Assembly (NCBI GenBank): GCA_008632985.1
Contig: QPGO01000001.1
Location: forward strand, 466,404 to 530,403
Length of the DNA stretch: 64,000 bases
Source of the DNA: Psammoneis japonica
Taxonomy: Eukaryota
Direction of reading: 5' to 3'
Position 1 is the first letter of the stretch. Every line of letters starts with the position of its first letter. The notes below the pieces were generated by a model, which had not been told where the DNA came from, did no database searches, and was given only the letters and a program-made list of their open reading frames with translations. Below are positions 36,702 through 48,003 of the stretch, in pieces. A program made the translations under genes and the position numbers.

Positions 36702-38684
36702 ATGATGAATCGTCGCAGCAAGGCCTTGGAAGTGTTAGAGAAAAGATTTGGCCGTGGTGGGAAGGGCGGCCATGAAGAAAAAGAGGAAGAAGTGCAAGAG
36801 GACCTGGAACAAATCCAACAAGAACAAGAACAAACACGATCGAATGCAGCTTCTGCCGCTGCCAGCGCTTCTCACGCAGACGAAGAGAATCAAGAAGAAG
36901 ATGATGAAACAACTCCAGCATCTGCCTTGGCCGGTGCTTTTGCGGTGAATCGATAAGGGATGGTCCGTCGTGGTCGTGTGCAAGCAAGCGGCGACGACAA
37001 TAGCACCACCATTGTGTCTGACTTGGGGACGGCACAATTTTGGGATCCCATGCCGCCTCCACCGCCTACGCAGGACGATGACACACTTCTTGTAGAAGCC
37101 CATTTAGCTGAAGCGGATGACAATATAGAAGATGTACGAGAACAAATGGCTACACTCGAGGAAGAAAACATGCGTCTTCGAAATGAAGTTCCGCTGGCAC
37201 AAGCTGAGCTAGCTCAAGAAAGTGCGAGAAATAAAGGCCGTCGTCGGACATGCTTTATTGTTCTGGGAGTTTCAGCACTTCTGATCACCGCGGCAGTTGC
37301 AGTTGGAGTTTCTGTCACTGGAGGTGGTGGCACTTCTCCACCGTCAACAAGCGAACCATCAACGCTTTCTCCAACGTTGCCGCCTACTGTTTATCCCACT
37401 GCTGCTGGCACGATTCCCCCGCAGTCTCCAACGTGGCCGATCACTGTTTCACCCACGCAGTCTCCCACTGGAACCCCGATTGCAGTCATTCCTACCGATT
37501 GGAATCCCGTTGGTCAAGTCTTGCATGGCAAAGCGGAAGGTGATCGTTTTGGCTATTCGGTGTCTCTGTCGGATGATGCAAGTGTCATGGCTATTGGAGC
37601 AGCGCAAGAATTCACTCACGGCTACGTTGTTGTGCAACGATATAATCCCGCTACGCAACAATGGACACAAATTGGCTCAGAATTACACGGACAAGAAGAA
37701 AGTTTTGGAGAGTCTGTTTCATTAAATGGCAACGGCACAGTTCTTGCGATTGGAGCGGATACGATTTACAGCGGAGGATCCAAAGCCGGTCATGTTAGCG
37801 TGTATGAATACAACTCTGTATCGGATCAATGGGTCCAACTCGGTAGCGACATTGTAAGAAAAGTTGATTCTACTGATTTTGGTTTTTCCGTGTCGCTCTC
37901 GGACGCGGGAGACGTTCTTGCAGTGGGAGCGTATGTGGATGATACGGAAAATGGCGATGGTTCTGGATCGGTTCGATTGTTCCAATACGATCGTCTGACA
38001 TCCTCCTGGAAGCAACTTGGACAGACTCTGATTGGTGAAGCTGGCGGTGATCGTTTTGGCATTTCCGTTTCTTTGAGCCGCTCGGGCTACATTGTTGGCA
38101 TTGGAGCGCCTTGGTGTGATTCGGGTGGAACTGATGCTGGTCAAGTGTCGGTATTTGAATACGATGCTGCATCCTCATCATGGGATGTGCTGGGTGATCC
38201 AATCAACGGGCAAGTTTCAGCTGGAGGGATTGGATATTCTATTTCTCTTGATGACAGTGGTTTCATCATGGCGGTGGGCAGCCCTGGATATTTGACCGAC
38301 GAGAGAGTTCTGGTTTATTCATACGACCGTTCCATGTCGACATGGAATCAACTTGGCCAAACTCTCTTTGCGCAACAGCCAAGCAATGATTTCGGCTCAT
38401 CAGTGTCGTTGAGTGGTAATGGAAATGTCTTGGCTGTCGGAAGTGATTCTTATATCATTAATGGATTAACTGACGTGGGTCAAGTCCGAATCTTTCAATA
38501 CGACAGCAACACGGCCAAATGGAATCAGTTGGGTGATCCTTTAAATGGTGAGGCTGAAGAAGATTATTTTGGGTATTCCGTGTCCTTGTCGGCAGACGGA
38601 AGCGTCGTTGGAGTTGGTGCGACTTGGACCGAATTCAATGGCTGGGAGTGCGGATCCGTGCATGTATTTTCATCGGACAATTAG
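36702..38684 (+). pseudogene. FG-GAP beta-propeller membrane protein, copy 3 (one in-frame TAA; may be expressed from ATG 36960)
   Basis: MMNRRSK starts at 36702. AAT CGA TAA GGG at 36948-36959 corresponds to AAT CAA CAA GGG in copies 1 and 4. The downstream 574-aa ORF retains the TM helix and the full propeller. Confidence 0.85.
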
Positions 38685-39114
38685 ACTTGTATTTGCATTT
38701 CATGATTCTGTCTCTTTCGTTAGAGTGCTCCTTCTTACTCAAGACGACCGACGCATCATCGTCATGTTTTTTGAAAAACAAAAGAGAACAACATACCATC
38801 ATACGTATCCATAAATTTGTAAAAGAAGTGTAGAACAAAAGCCACGGTCTACTACTTGATCCAGCCATCGCACTTCTTCTCCATAACCAACTCTAACTCC
38901 AACTAATTATCATTTTTTAGAATAGGTCGATTTGCTTGGACACTCCGTATGCTACAGAGAGAAATGCGGAAGAAGTGTCAAACAAAAGACAGCATCTACT
39001 ACTTGCTACTTTTGTTACAATCATGGTATATGTACGGTGTTGCAATGCCTAGTGTCGCGTTCAATCCATCGTTTCTTCTCCAACTCGCTACTACTCCAAA
39101 TATACAATTACTAC

Positions 39115-39460
39115 ACGCATTCGACTGAATGATGCCCACAATACCGGTAATTCCAAAAATACCCAACGCCGACGCAAAAATTTCCACAATTAAAATCTTG
39201 ACAAACAGACTGGCATCCTGTGCATCCGCCAAGGCACACGACGATCCGGCAATGCCGACACTGACGCCCGAGGCAATGTTGGTCAAGCCGACACTGAGTC
39301 CTGCCAAAAACATGCCATGCCCGGCACAACAATGTCCGGTCCAATCCCAATTTTCATCCAGATGACAAACGGCATCGTCCGGGGGCCTTGACCTTGTTGG
39401 CAAGAACAATGGCCATGATTGCTCCGTAAATGGCAGCGGCTTTGCAGAAAATGACACTGG
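39115..39460 (-). pseudogene. V-type ATPase 21-kDa proteolipid subunit c'' C-terminal fragment (VMA16/ATP6V0B-like), frameshifted
   Basis: [22 protein letters not shown] is followed, in another frame, by [58 protein letters not shown]. The proton-carrying Glu of IFCEA reads K, and no N-terminal half is visible. Confidence 0.85.
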
Positions 39461-39502
39461 CAGAGACACACATGCATGCAAATTTATGCACACATTCGTT
39501 TG

Positions 39503-39505
<3 letters not shown>

Positions 39506-39535
<30 letters not shown>
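39506..39535. repeat. (GA)n microsatellite
   Basis: Direct reading. Confidence 0.95.
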
Positions 39536-39538
<3 letters not shown>

Positions 39539-41881
39539 ACAAGCACTGCACCAAGTGCAACCACACCCACCGCCTCCCACAGCTTCACATTTGATTTGCC
39601 CACACCGCAACCAGTTGCTCACAATGGCTCAACTGTCATTTCATTCTGTGACTTTCCTTTCAACTCGACATGGAATCATCATCAGCAGTGCTCCTAGACA
39701 ATGTCACCTTGTTCTGATTGGCGGCGGCGGCAGCCACACCTGTCACCTGTTGCCTCTGCTGCAATGGACGACACCATGTTGAATGTGTGGGCTGAGTGCG
39801 GTGAATGAAGCAATGAACAAGCAAACGCAAACCGCACACCACACTTCTTGGCAGACTTTGTGCAAAATCACGCGTCCGCACGACAGCTTCGTGGTTTGGC
39901 GGACGTTGCACAAAATGTCCAATGAAATGGGCAAAAATGGTGCCTTGACGTCTGTTTGACACAATGCACAATTGGCTTTACAAGTTTTCTTGATTCTTAA
40001 AGTCTGACGCACCACTGGAGTGTCACCTTTCATCATTTTGAGCCTTGTGGTTCTGCTGGCATGGCACTTGCCTCTGTCCCAAATGCCGGGCGCTCATTCT
40101 TGGAACCACATCATCACAGTTCGCTGGTGCTGGCTGAAGGGTTTTGGAGCTGACTCCACTCATTGCACCCCTGAGAATCCCAGTGCTGTTTTCTGGTGTT
40201 GGTGCTGCACAGCAGTTTTGTTGGGACACAGAAATCTTGTGACAACTGCCCATGCTTTCCAGCACACTCAAAAGCAGTTCTCCCAAGAACAAAGCACGCT
40301 CACAATCAGATGACTTTTTTGCCTCTGTCAACAGCTTGTCTGTGTGTCAGTGTGGCTTTGCTTTGTCAGCTGCAAAGAGCTGCTGAGCAGCTTGACTTTC
40401 AGTCTGAAAGGGGATGATGGAGCCTGCAGTCACTGCACAAAAGCGTGACTGGCCCCACACACAAAGCTGAGCTCTTGCATGGTGGCTGACCACAGAGTTT
40501 TGAGTGCACCTGATTTTGCCAGCCCAATGTCCAAGAGAGCAATGAGAACAAACACCAAGCTGTCCCACAGCATTGGCAGTGTTGTGTGCTCAGGGGCAGA
40601 GCTTCTCTGTGGGACTGTGTCAAATTTCTGAATGCCTCAAAAAGTGTTTGTGCCCACACTGAGAATGCTGAGAACGTGCAGGTGTCCTCTCTCACAAAAG
40701 GTGGTTGGCCAGTCAAGAATTGGCTGTTTGCACACTCCTGCCTGCCAGCAGCAGTTTGGACACTCTGCATCATTGAGTGTGGCACAATGGGGCAGCCATT
40801 GCTGTTTGAGCCGAGCAGTGCACAACAACAGTGTGGCAGAGATGCTGATGGCATTTTGTGTTGCTTTTGGGCACTGGCCCACAGTGCTCTTGATGGAGGA
40901 GCATGTGGCAACACATCACTTCAAAGCATCACAAATCCTTGAGCCAAAACTTGGTTGAAAATGAGACCCTTTGGTTTGAGCATTTCTCCCTGACTGGAGC
41001 TCAGGGGCCATTGTGTTGTTGGTCTTGTTGGAGAGTCACACACCTGCAACAAACACATTTTTTTGCAGCCCAGATTCGCCATTGGGAATGACCAAATCAA
41101 CCAACCAGTCAGCCATGGTTTTGTCTGAACATTGTTTTTCCCTTTGTGACTGTGTGGTTTGACAATGTGTCATCTGATGGTGCTGTGCCAGGCATTGTTG
41201 CACAGTGCACTGCTTTGTTTTGTTTTGCCTTTGTTTTTGTTTTTGCACTTGCAGACATTTAACTTCATGGCACAGAACCAGCATGGCCAAAAACTCTACA
41301 AACACACACCAGCTTGAGAGAGAACGTCAGCTTCAGGGAGTGGAGCAACAGAGCTCTGCTGGCCAAGCAACATGTTGTGTGTGTGGTGAAGACAAGAAAG
41401 CAACAGATGCAGCACAAAAGAATGCTGAGTCTGCTGTTGATTGGACCCTCCTCTGTCAACAATTTCTCCAACAACTGCTGTTTGGCAGTGACAGAGCCTC
41501 TCTTTTTGCTGTGGCAGAGTGTGGTGTGTGTGTGTGCACAACAAAAGCAGTGGAAGCACAGCTTTGCCTGGGCAAATGCATGAAGCCTGTCTGCCCCACA
41601 GCTGCTGCCACTTGGATCTTTTTCACAAAACAGCTTCAACCCTGTGAACATCAGCAGCCAACCACTGACAAAGCTGCCATGAAAGTCTTGCTCCTCACTT
41701 TGACTGAGGCTGGCACCGATGTGCCTGCTGTGACTGTGGTGCAGAGCTTGGACAAACATCTGAACACCGGCTGCTGCCTCAGCTGCTTGCTTGCTTTTCG
41801 TTGGTCATCATTGATGGACAATTGGCTGCACCAGTCATTCATTCATTCATTGGAGAGAGATTGCACCAATTCCATTTGTTT

Positions 41882-41884
<3 letters not shown>

Positions 41885-41914
<30 letters not shown>
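41885..41914. repeat. (AG)n microsatellite
   Basis: Direct reading. Confidence 0.95.
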
Positions 41915-41915
<1 letters not shown>

Positions 41916-42097
41916 ACAGCAGTGAAGTTGTCGCGTGCATCAATGAGAAAAGGACTCTTGCACCTTTTCTTGAGTTTGCAAGCTTGCTTGCTTGCTGTGC
42001 AGCAGATCTACAGAGGCACAACCAAGCATCACAAAAATGATCTCGGGTTTGCATTTTGCGTTGTGCAAACAACACAACAGAAGCAAAAATGAAAAAA

Positions 42098-42925
42098 ATC
42101 ATGATGAGTCATCACAGCAAGGACTTCAAAGCATTTGAGAAAAGGTGTGGCTGCAGCAACAAAAGAGGCCTGGAAGAAGAAGAAGAAGAAGAAAAAGAAG
42201 TGCAAGAGGACTTGGAGCAAACACAAGAAGAGCAAGAGCAAGAACAAGCATGATCAAACATTGCCTTTGTTGCTGCCAATGCTTCTCATGCAGACAAAGA
42301 GAATCAAGAAAAAGAAGATGATGAAACAACTCCAGTGCCTGCCTTGGCCGGTGCTTTTGTGGCAAATCTACAAGGGATGGGGTTCGTCTTGGTTGTGCGC
42401 AAGCAAGTGGCAATGACACTTGCATTGGCATTTTGTCTGACTTGGGGAGGATGGCGCAATCTGAACTCATGCCTCCTCAACCACCACCCAGTTGAGATGC
42501 CAGCACACTGTTGGTTGAAGCTCATTTGGCTGAGCTGACTGACAAAGCAGAAAGAGCTGCAAGACAAGACTTGAGCAGAAATTTCAATTCTTCAAAAGTT
42601 GGCGCTGCTTGCTCAAGCTGAGCTGACCCCTGCCAATGAAGAGGAGCATTCACATGGCACCACATGGATCCAAAAATGATGGCCAGACCAAAGCCAACTG
42701 GGGTGTGGCTTTTATTTGTGAAGATGGAATCAAGATTCAATGCAAACACCTGAGATTGTGCTTGGATGTGTGTTGTTGACAGCTGCTGTTTCTGCAGTGA
42801 CTCCTGCAGTGGTGCTGATTTCAAGGAACAACAACAATTCTGAGCATTTTGAAATGCAGGTGCTAACTCCTGTTCCACCTGCCTGTTGGATTCCTGTTGG
42901 TCAAGTCTTGCATGGCAAAGCAGAG
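42098..42925 (+). pseudogene. Degenerate 5' part of an FG-GAP gene copy
   Basis: ATCATGATGAGTCATCACAGCAAGG...GAAGTGCAAGAGGACTTGGA...GCCTTGGCCGGTGCTTTTG...GTTGGTCAAGTCTTGCATGGCAAAGC aligns with copy 3. It has stops and frameshifts, and TpA and CpG are largely erased. Confidence 0.88.
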
Positions 42926-43989
42926 CACATGGCAATCCACAAAGAATTCTGCATGTGGGTTGGTGCATCGTGAAGTCATCAGCACAGGTCCAATGCATGA
43001 GAGCTTTTGACACTGGCTCAAAGTGCTCTTCATGAGACACAAGGAAATCACTGTCTGATTTGATCATGTGTGAGTTCCTGATGAGCACACATGCAAACAA
43101 TTGGAAGATTCAATTGAAATGAGCACTCACAAGGACAGTTAAAAATCACTCACAAGATCAATGACCCTTTGTGTTGTGATGCAATTGGCACAACAAAAAT
43201 TGGAAACAAAGAGCAGCCATTTGATTTGATGCACTCCGGCGGGTCTTGTTGATGCATCAAAACATTTGCAACTGCATGAAGACATTGTTCTCCAATCACC
43301 AAAGCAATCACAAGTTGGCGACCATGCAAAGATTGCGCAAATGTTTTTTTTGAATGCATGCATTCACCTGTGGCTGGAGCATGTCAGCAAAACGAACACA
43401 CCATTGCCACAAAGTGCACAGCGCCATGATGCCAACAAGCAGCTCACTTGGTTTCTCTTTTTCTTTGGTGCGCGTGCTTGCCCCAAGAGTTTGTTCTCTC
43501 TGAAAATGCCAGCTGGGGGAGGGGCCAGGAGATCAGCACTGGAGTGGGCAGCAAGTCTCCCACTGGGGAGGTGGCAAATGGCAGCCATTCTCTTTGCAGC
43601 ACAAGCTGAGCTTTTGTTTTGATCAAGATGGCAAGGAAGCAGTGGCTGCTGTTTCAATTGAATTGTGAGTGAGAGTTGGTGGTTGGATAAATGTCTGATT
43701 GAGCAGCTCCACCTTGGCCACTTGCATTGCCATTGTTTGTCACATTTGATGGAAAATTGGCTTCCCCAATTTTGATCATTCATTCATTTGTTGCAAAAAC
43801 TTTGGAAAGGAACCATGGCCCACCCAGCCTGCTCACCACCACTCTCCCAGTTCTGCAACCATGCCCACCAGTGCATTGGACTTGACTGCATGATCATCTG
43901 CTGCAGTTGATCACACCACCTTGGCAACCTCTTGTTGTGCCGCAACCTTTGCATCTCAACCGCCCCCCAGTTTTGTCTTTCCGGGTTAC

Positions 43990-44545
43990 AAACAGGGAGT
44001 CAGGCCATTGTCATGAGACGCTGCCAAAAATGTGTCACAAGGTCCATGACCTTGATGCCTTTCTTGCCAAGTGCAAGACAGTGAACACCATCCCCGACCT
44101 GCCACAACTGCTTGTTGCTTCCACTGCTCAAATGGCCAATGCCCAAGAATGAGACCAAGCCAGTGACTCCTTGTTCCTTGCACAAGAAGAAGCAGCAACA
44201 CCAGCACAAGCCCCTGTGCATGTCACCGCCAAACAACAGAAAATTGAGGCTGAACTCAGCAAGATCTTCTGGGCATTCGAGTGCATCTTTGTGGCTCCCT
44301 GGGAAACCTGCCTTGAAACCAAGAAGAAACACAATGTCAACCTCCAATTGAAAAAACTGAGCAAGGAACAATTCGAAACAGGGGCTGCCAAGAAAGCCAC
44401 CATGGAAATTGATGGCAAAGCTGCATTTGACCCCGGCACTCTCCAAGAACTGGTCTGCAAGGAGACCAAGAAAAACACCAAAAAATCTCTCTCAACAGGT
44501 CAACTTGCTTGCTCAACGCATCAAGCTGCCGTGCAAAAGAAGTGA
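43990..44545 (+). pseudogene. Fragment of a probable retroelement ORF1-like protein
   Basis: Helical, protein-like frame IFVAPWETCLETKKK...LKKL...ATMEIDG...LQELVCKETKK. The family assignment is from recall only. Confidence 0.25.
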
Positions 44546-46669
44546 GGAATGCCGAGAAATTCTGGAATTTTATGTTCTGTGCATGTGCATGTTGCAATGT
44601 GCACAGCACCACACTGTGCACCGTGCTGCCGCTGCACTGGTGTGACCATGATGTTGCTCCAACACAGTCGCAACTCTGACAAACACTGGCAGACTGACAA
44701 ACAATGACAGCCATTGAGATTTAATGTTTTGTCTTGAAAGACACAACTGAGACAAAATGAAATTGTTGGCAACAAACAGGACAAAAATGATGCATTGTTC
44801 AGTGATTGGATGTTTCATGTGATGTAAGCACAACATGTGTGTTGGCGATGTCCTTTCAATGAGTGTTGCATTTAACAAAATTTGGCAATCTTTGTCATCG
44901 CCAAAACATTTTGTGACAAAATTTGGTGCACGACAAAATTTGTCGTGTGTGACATGACAAGACACAACAAGACACAACACGACATGTCACGTCACATCAT
45001 GACAAGACACGACTCACAAAAACAAACACCCACGGTGCGTGACTGAGCCTGTGGTCTCACTCGTTGACACATTGTCTCTTGTGCACAATGATGGTGCATC
45101 GACACATCGACGCGATGCAGCCCCTTCTGGTGGAATGAGGAGGAATGAGTTTTTCCATTAAATTCTCCATGTTGACATTGTGGCCTCATCCTTTGCTGTG
45201 GATGCCTTGCGGCATGCATTTGTGGCCACACAACAAAAGCATGACAATGCGATCTGCTGTGTTCTGCACATGAGATGCGATGAATGGAGGAAAGAACATG
45301 GCTGTTCAATCCACAATGTTTTTGTCAGCCACATGTGGTTCTACTTTTGCTTTGGCCATCACTCTGGTTGCCTTGTGATTTGCATTTGTGATGACATGAC
45401 ACAAGAACAGCACTTTTCTGACAACCAATCTGTTGTGCCAGTGTTCTGCAAATGAGCCACCACATTTCACCTTGTGTTTCATGCTGCAGATGACATTCAA
45501 TCAACAGTGTCGACTGCACTGACTTGTGTCATGATTGATTGACAATTGCCATCATAAAATGGATTCGAGCGTGCAATTGCATGTCTTGCCCCTTTTGTTT
45601 GTTGTGGTCTGCAGTCATCTCAATGTAGCCACATTGTTGCGAGTGGCTCCGCAGGGCCCCACTGCACAAGTGCACACGTGGCAAATCACATGTGTTCTAC
45701 ATTTGTCTGCTTTTGTCTGCATTTGTTGGCATTTGTCGCATGGCGTTGGCGTTTGTCGCATGGTGTCGGGGTTTGTCGGCATCATTTGTTGCACGTGCGA
45801 CAAATTTGTCATGCATGCAATAAAATCGTCAAAAAATTGTTTGGTGCACTCATCTTCACAAAAAATCAATTTCATCATTTGTTGCTCAAGTTGGAAGCGT
45901 GTTTGTGAAGGAGACACAACATCGTCAATTAAATGACAATTTTGTCTCATTCATCGCCAATGATTTAATTTTGTTTCAAAGTGCATTTTTCACGACAAAT
46001 CATCCAACTCATTTGTGGGAATGTCACAATTGGCGACAAAATGCCGTGTGTGTCCCGGAGAAGGCCGCTTGCGCTTTTTTTCCTGTGCACTGACCCATTT
46101 TCACATGACAACCTTGCGAAAACGGAATTTGCACCAGAGTCTGCGCAGCAATCTTTCCATGGTTTTCATGCATGGGATGCAGGCTTCACACAATGTGGAA
46201 GATGAGATGACAATGCCCAAGACTCCTCCTCCTCCTCCTTCTCCTCACACATCACATTCATCATCATTGGCACTGCAATCAAATTGGCGGCGTGTTGTCG
46301 TTGCATTGGCAATGTCGACAATGAACCAAGAGCGGCATGCAAAGAATGACTGTGAGAAGATTCTCTTTTGGCAACTGTCATTTTGAGAGAGGCTGCTGCA
46401 TGAACTGGATGTGTCCACTTCCATGTCTCTCACCAAAGGCCATCCGCATTGTTTTGCAGATCAGACTGTGATGACACAATCAAAGCATGCGGTTGGTTGG
46501 ACAGCAAAAATGACAATCGTGCAAGCACTTGTCCGAAGATTGAAATCACTGAGCTGCAACAGAATGGTGTCATTCATGGGGCATGGTGGAGTTGCTCTGT
46601 CATGGTCTTGCAGCTCACTCCATCGGCTGTGACATTCGTGGTTTGGGATCTCCAAGTCAATGGCTTTTT

Positions 46670-47125
46670 CTCTCTTTAGAGTTTTGGAAGAACAAAAGAG
46701 CAGCAGTGTTGAAAAAAAGGTGTGAGTCATTGAAATTGCTGTGTGAAATGTTGTGAGTGCTCATTCATTCTGTTTCTTTTCTGCATCCACTCCCAAAGGA
46801 CAAAACACCAGCTTTCGTGGATGGCGATGGTCTTTCTTCTCTTTGAAGTTTTGGCAGAATGAAGAGCAGCATCATTGGGAAAACAGGCACAAGTGTGTTG
46901 TTGGAATTGCTGCACAAAACATGTGAGCACTCATTCATTCTGTTTCTTTCCTGCTTTTTTTCATCTGCGCCCACAGGACACCGCAGCTCTCGCGGATGGC
47001 AGTGCTTTTCCTCTTTGGATTCTGGAAGAAGGAGCAGCAGCATTGCAGACAAGGTGTGCGCGCGTTGCCGCAATTTTGTGCACAAAATGTACAAATGCTC
47101 ATTCACTCTGTTTCTTTTTGTTTGC
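46670..47125. repeat. Diverged tandem repeat, ~170-bp unit, ~3 copies
   Basis: CTCATTCA(T/C)TCTGTTTCTTT occurs at ~46760, ~46930 and ~47098, each preceded by GAGCAGCA. Confidence 0.8.
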
Positions 47126-47801
47126 GCTTGTTCTTGTGGGTGTGGCGTTGCATCGACATTGTTGTTGGTGGGGCCGGTGCGTTGTCTCTTTCATTCATTT
47201 CCTTCATCACATGTTTCTCTTGACCTGTTCTTGGCGGCTCTTTGGCAACAGAATGCTTCAAGGGAGAGGCGAAGCTTTGACAGCAACTTGTCGGGGAGTG
47301 TGGCTTGATTTTGGGGCGGCTTGTTTGCAAGAGAATTCCTCGTGTCACAGCTTCCACGGGAAATAAAATGCTCTTGCTGGTTTCCTCGCTGCCTGCCAAA
47401 AAAAGGTGAGATCCAAGTCTTGGGCGATGTTGCTTTGTTTTCAAACTTTTCCCACAATTTTTGTCTCGCAGACATTGCTTCCCCTTTCCTGAACATTCCT
47501 GCCAAACCACCATTGTGCGTGGCAAACATGCACTGAATGGCTCCTGCACTTGATTCTCGGTGAGTGATCTCGCAAATGGTTGATTGGAGGGCAGCCTTCA
47601 CAGTGTTCCGACAATCAACGCGTGAGATTCCCCCTTCTCGAGCATCGTGGGTGATGGATCGGCGGCACCCGTTGTTGATTTGCACGACATCTTTTGGACC
47701 GCAAACAACCAAATCTTCCGGCATTAGACGCAGCTGAAAATTCATCGTAGTGTCTGTCGATCTGCAGTGTCCGAAGTTTTAAAACTTAAAACTCTTAGTA
47801 C

Positions 47802-47825
47802 GTTTTCGCGCTTTCGCGCGAAAAC
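47802..47825. repeat. GC-rich 10-bp hairpin at an insertion boundary
   Basis: GTTTTCGCGC-TTTC-GCGCGAAAAC lies a few bases before homology to the FG-GAP upstream module resumes. Confidence 0.75.
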
Positions 47826-48003
47826 CACGATTTTTCCCCGAGTTTGCGAGCTCGCATGTCAAGACATACCAGGAGAGCTGTAGATTCTACAGAGGCATGA
47901 CCGAGCGTCGCGAAAATGATGTCGGGTTCGCATCGTTCTCATGCACACATACAGTGCAGAACAACTCGATGCTGATTTTTGTGGATTTTTCGCAGTAATC
48001 ATC

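Noticed and set aside
47802..47835. Helitron 3' terminus
   Set aside because: A hairpin is present, but there is no CTRR end and no Rep/helicase recognised, so it is kept only as a boundary hairpin.
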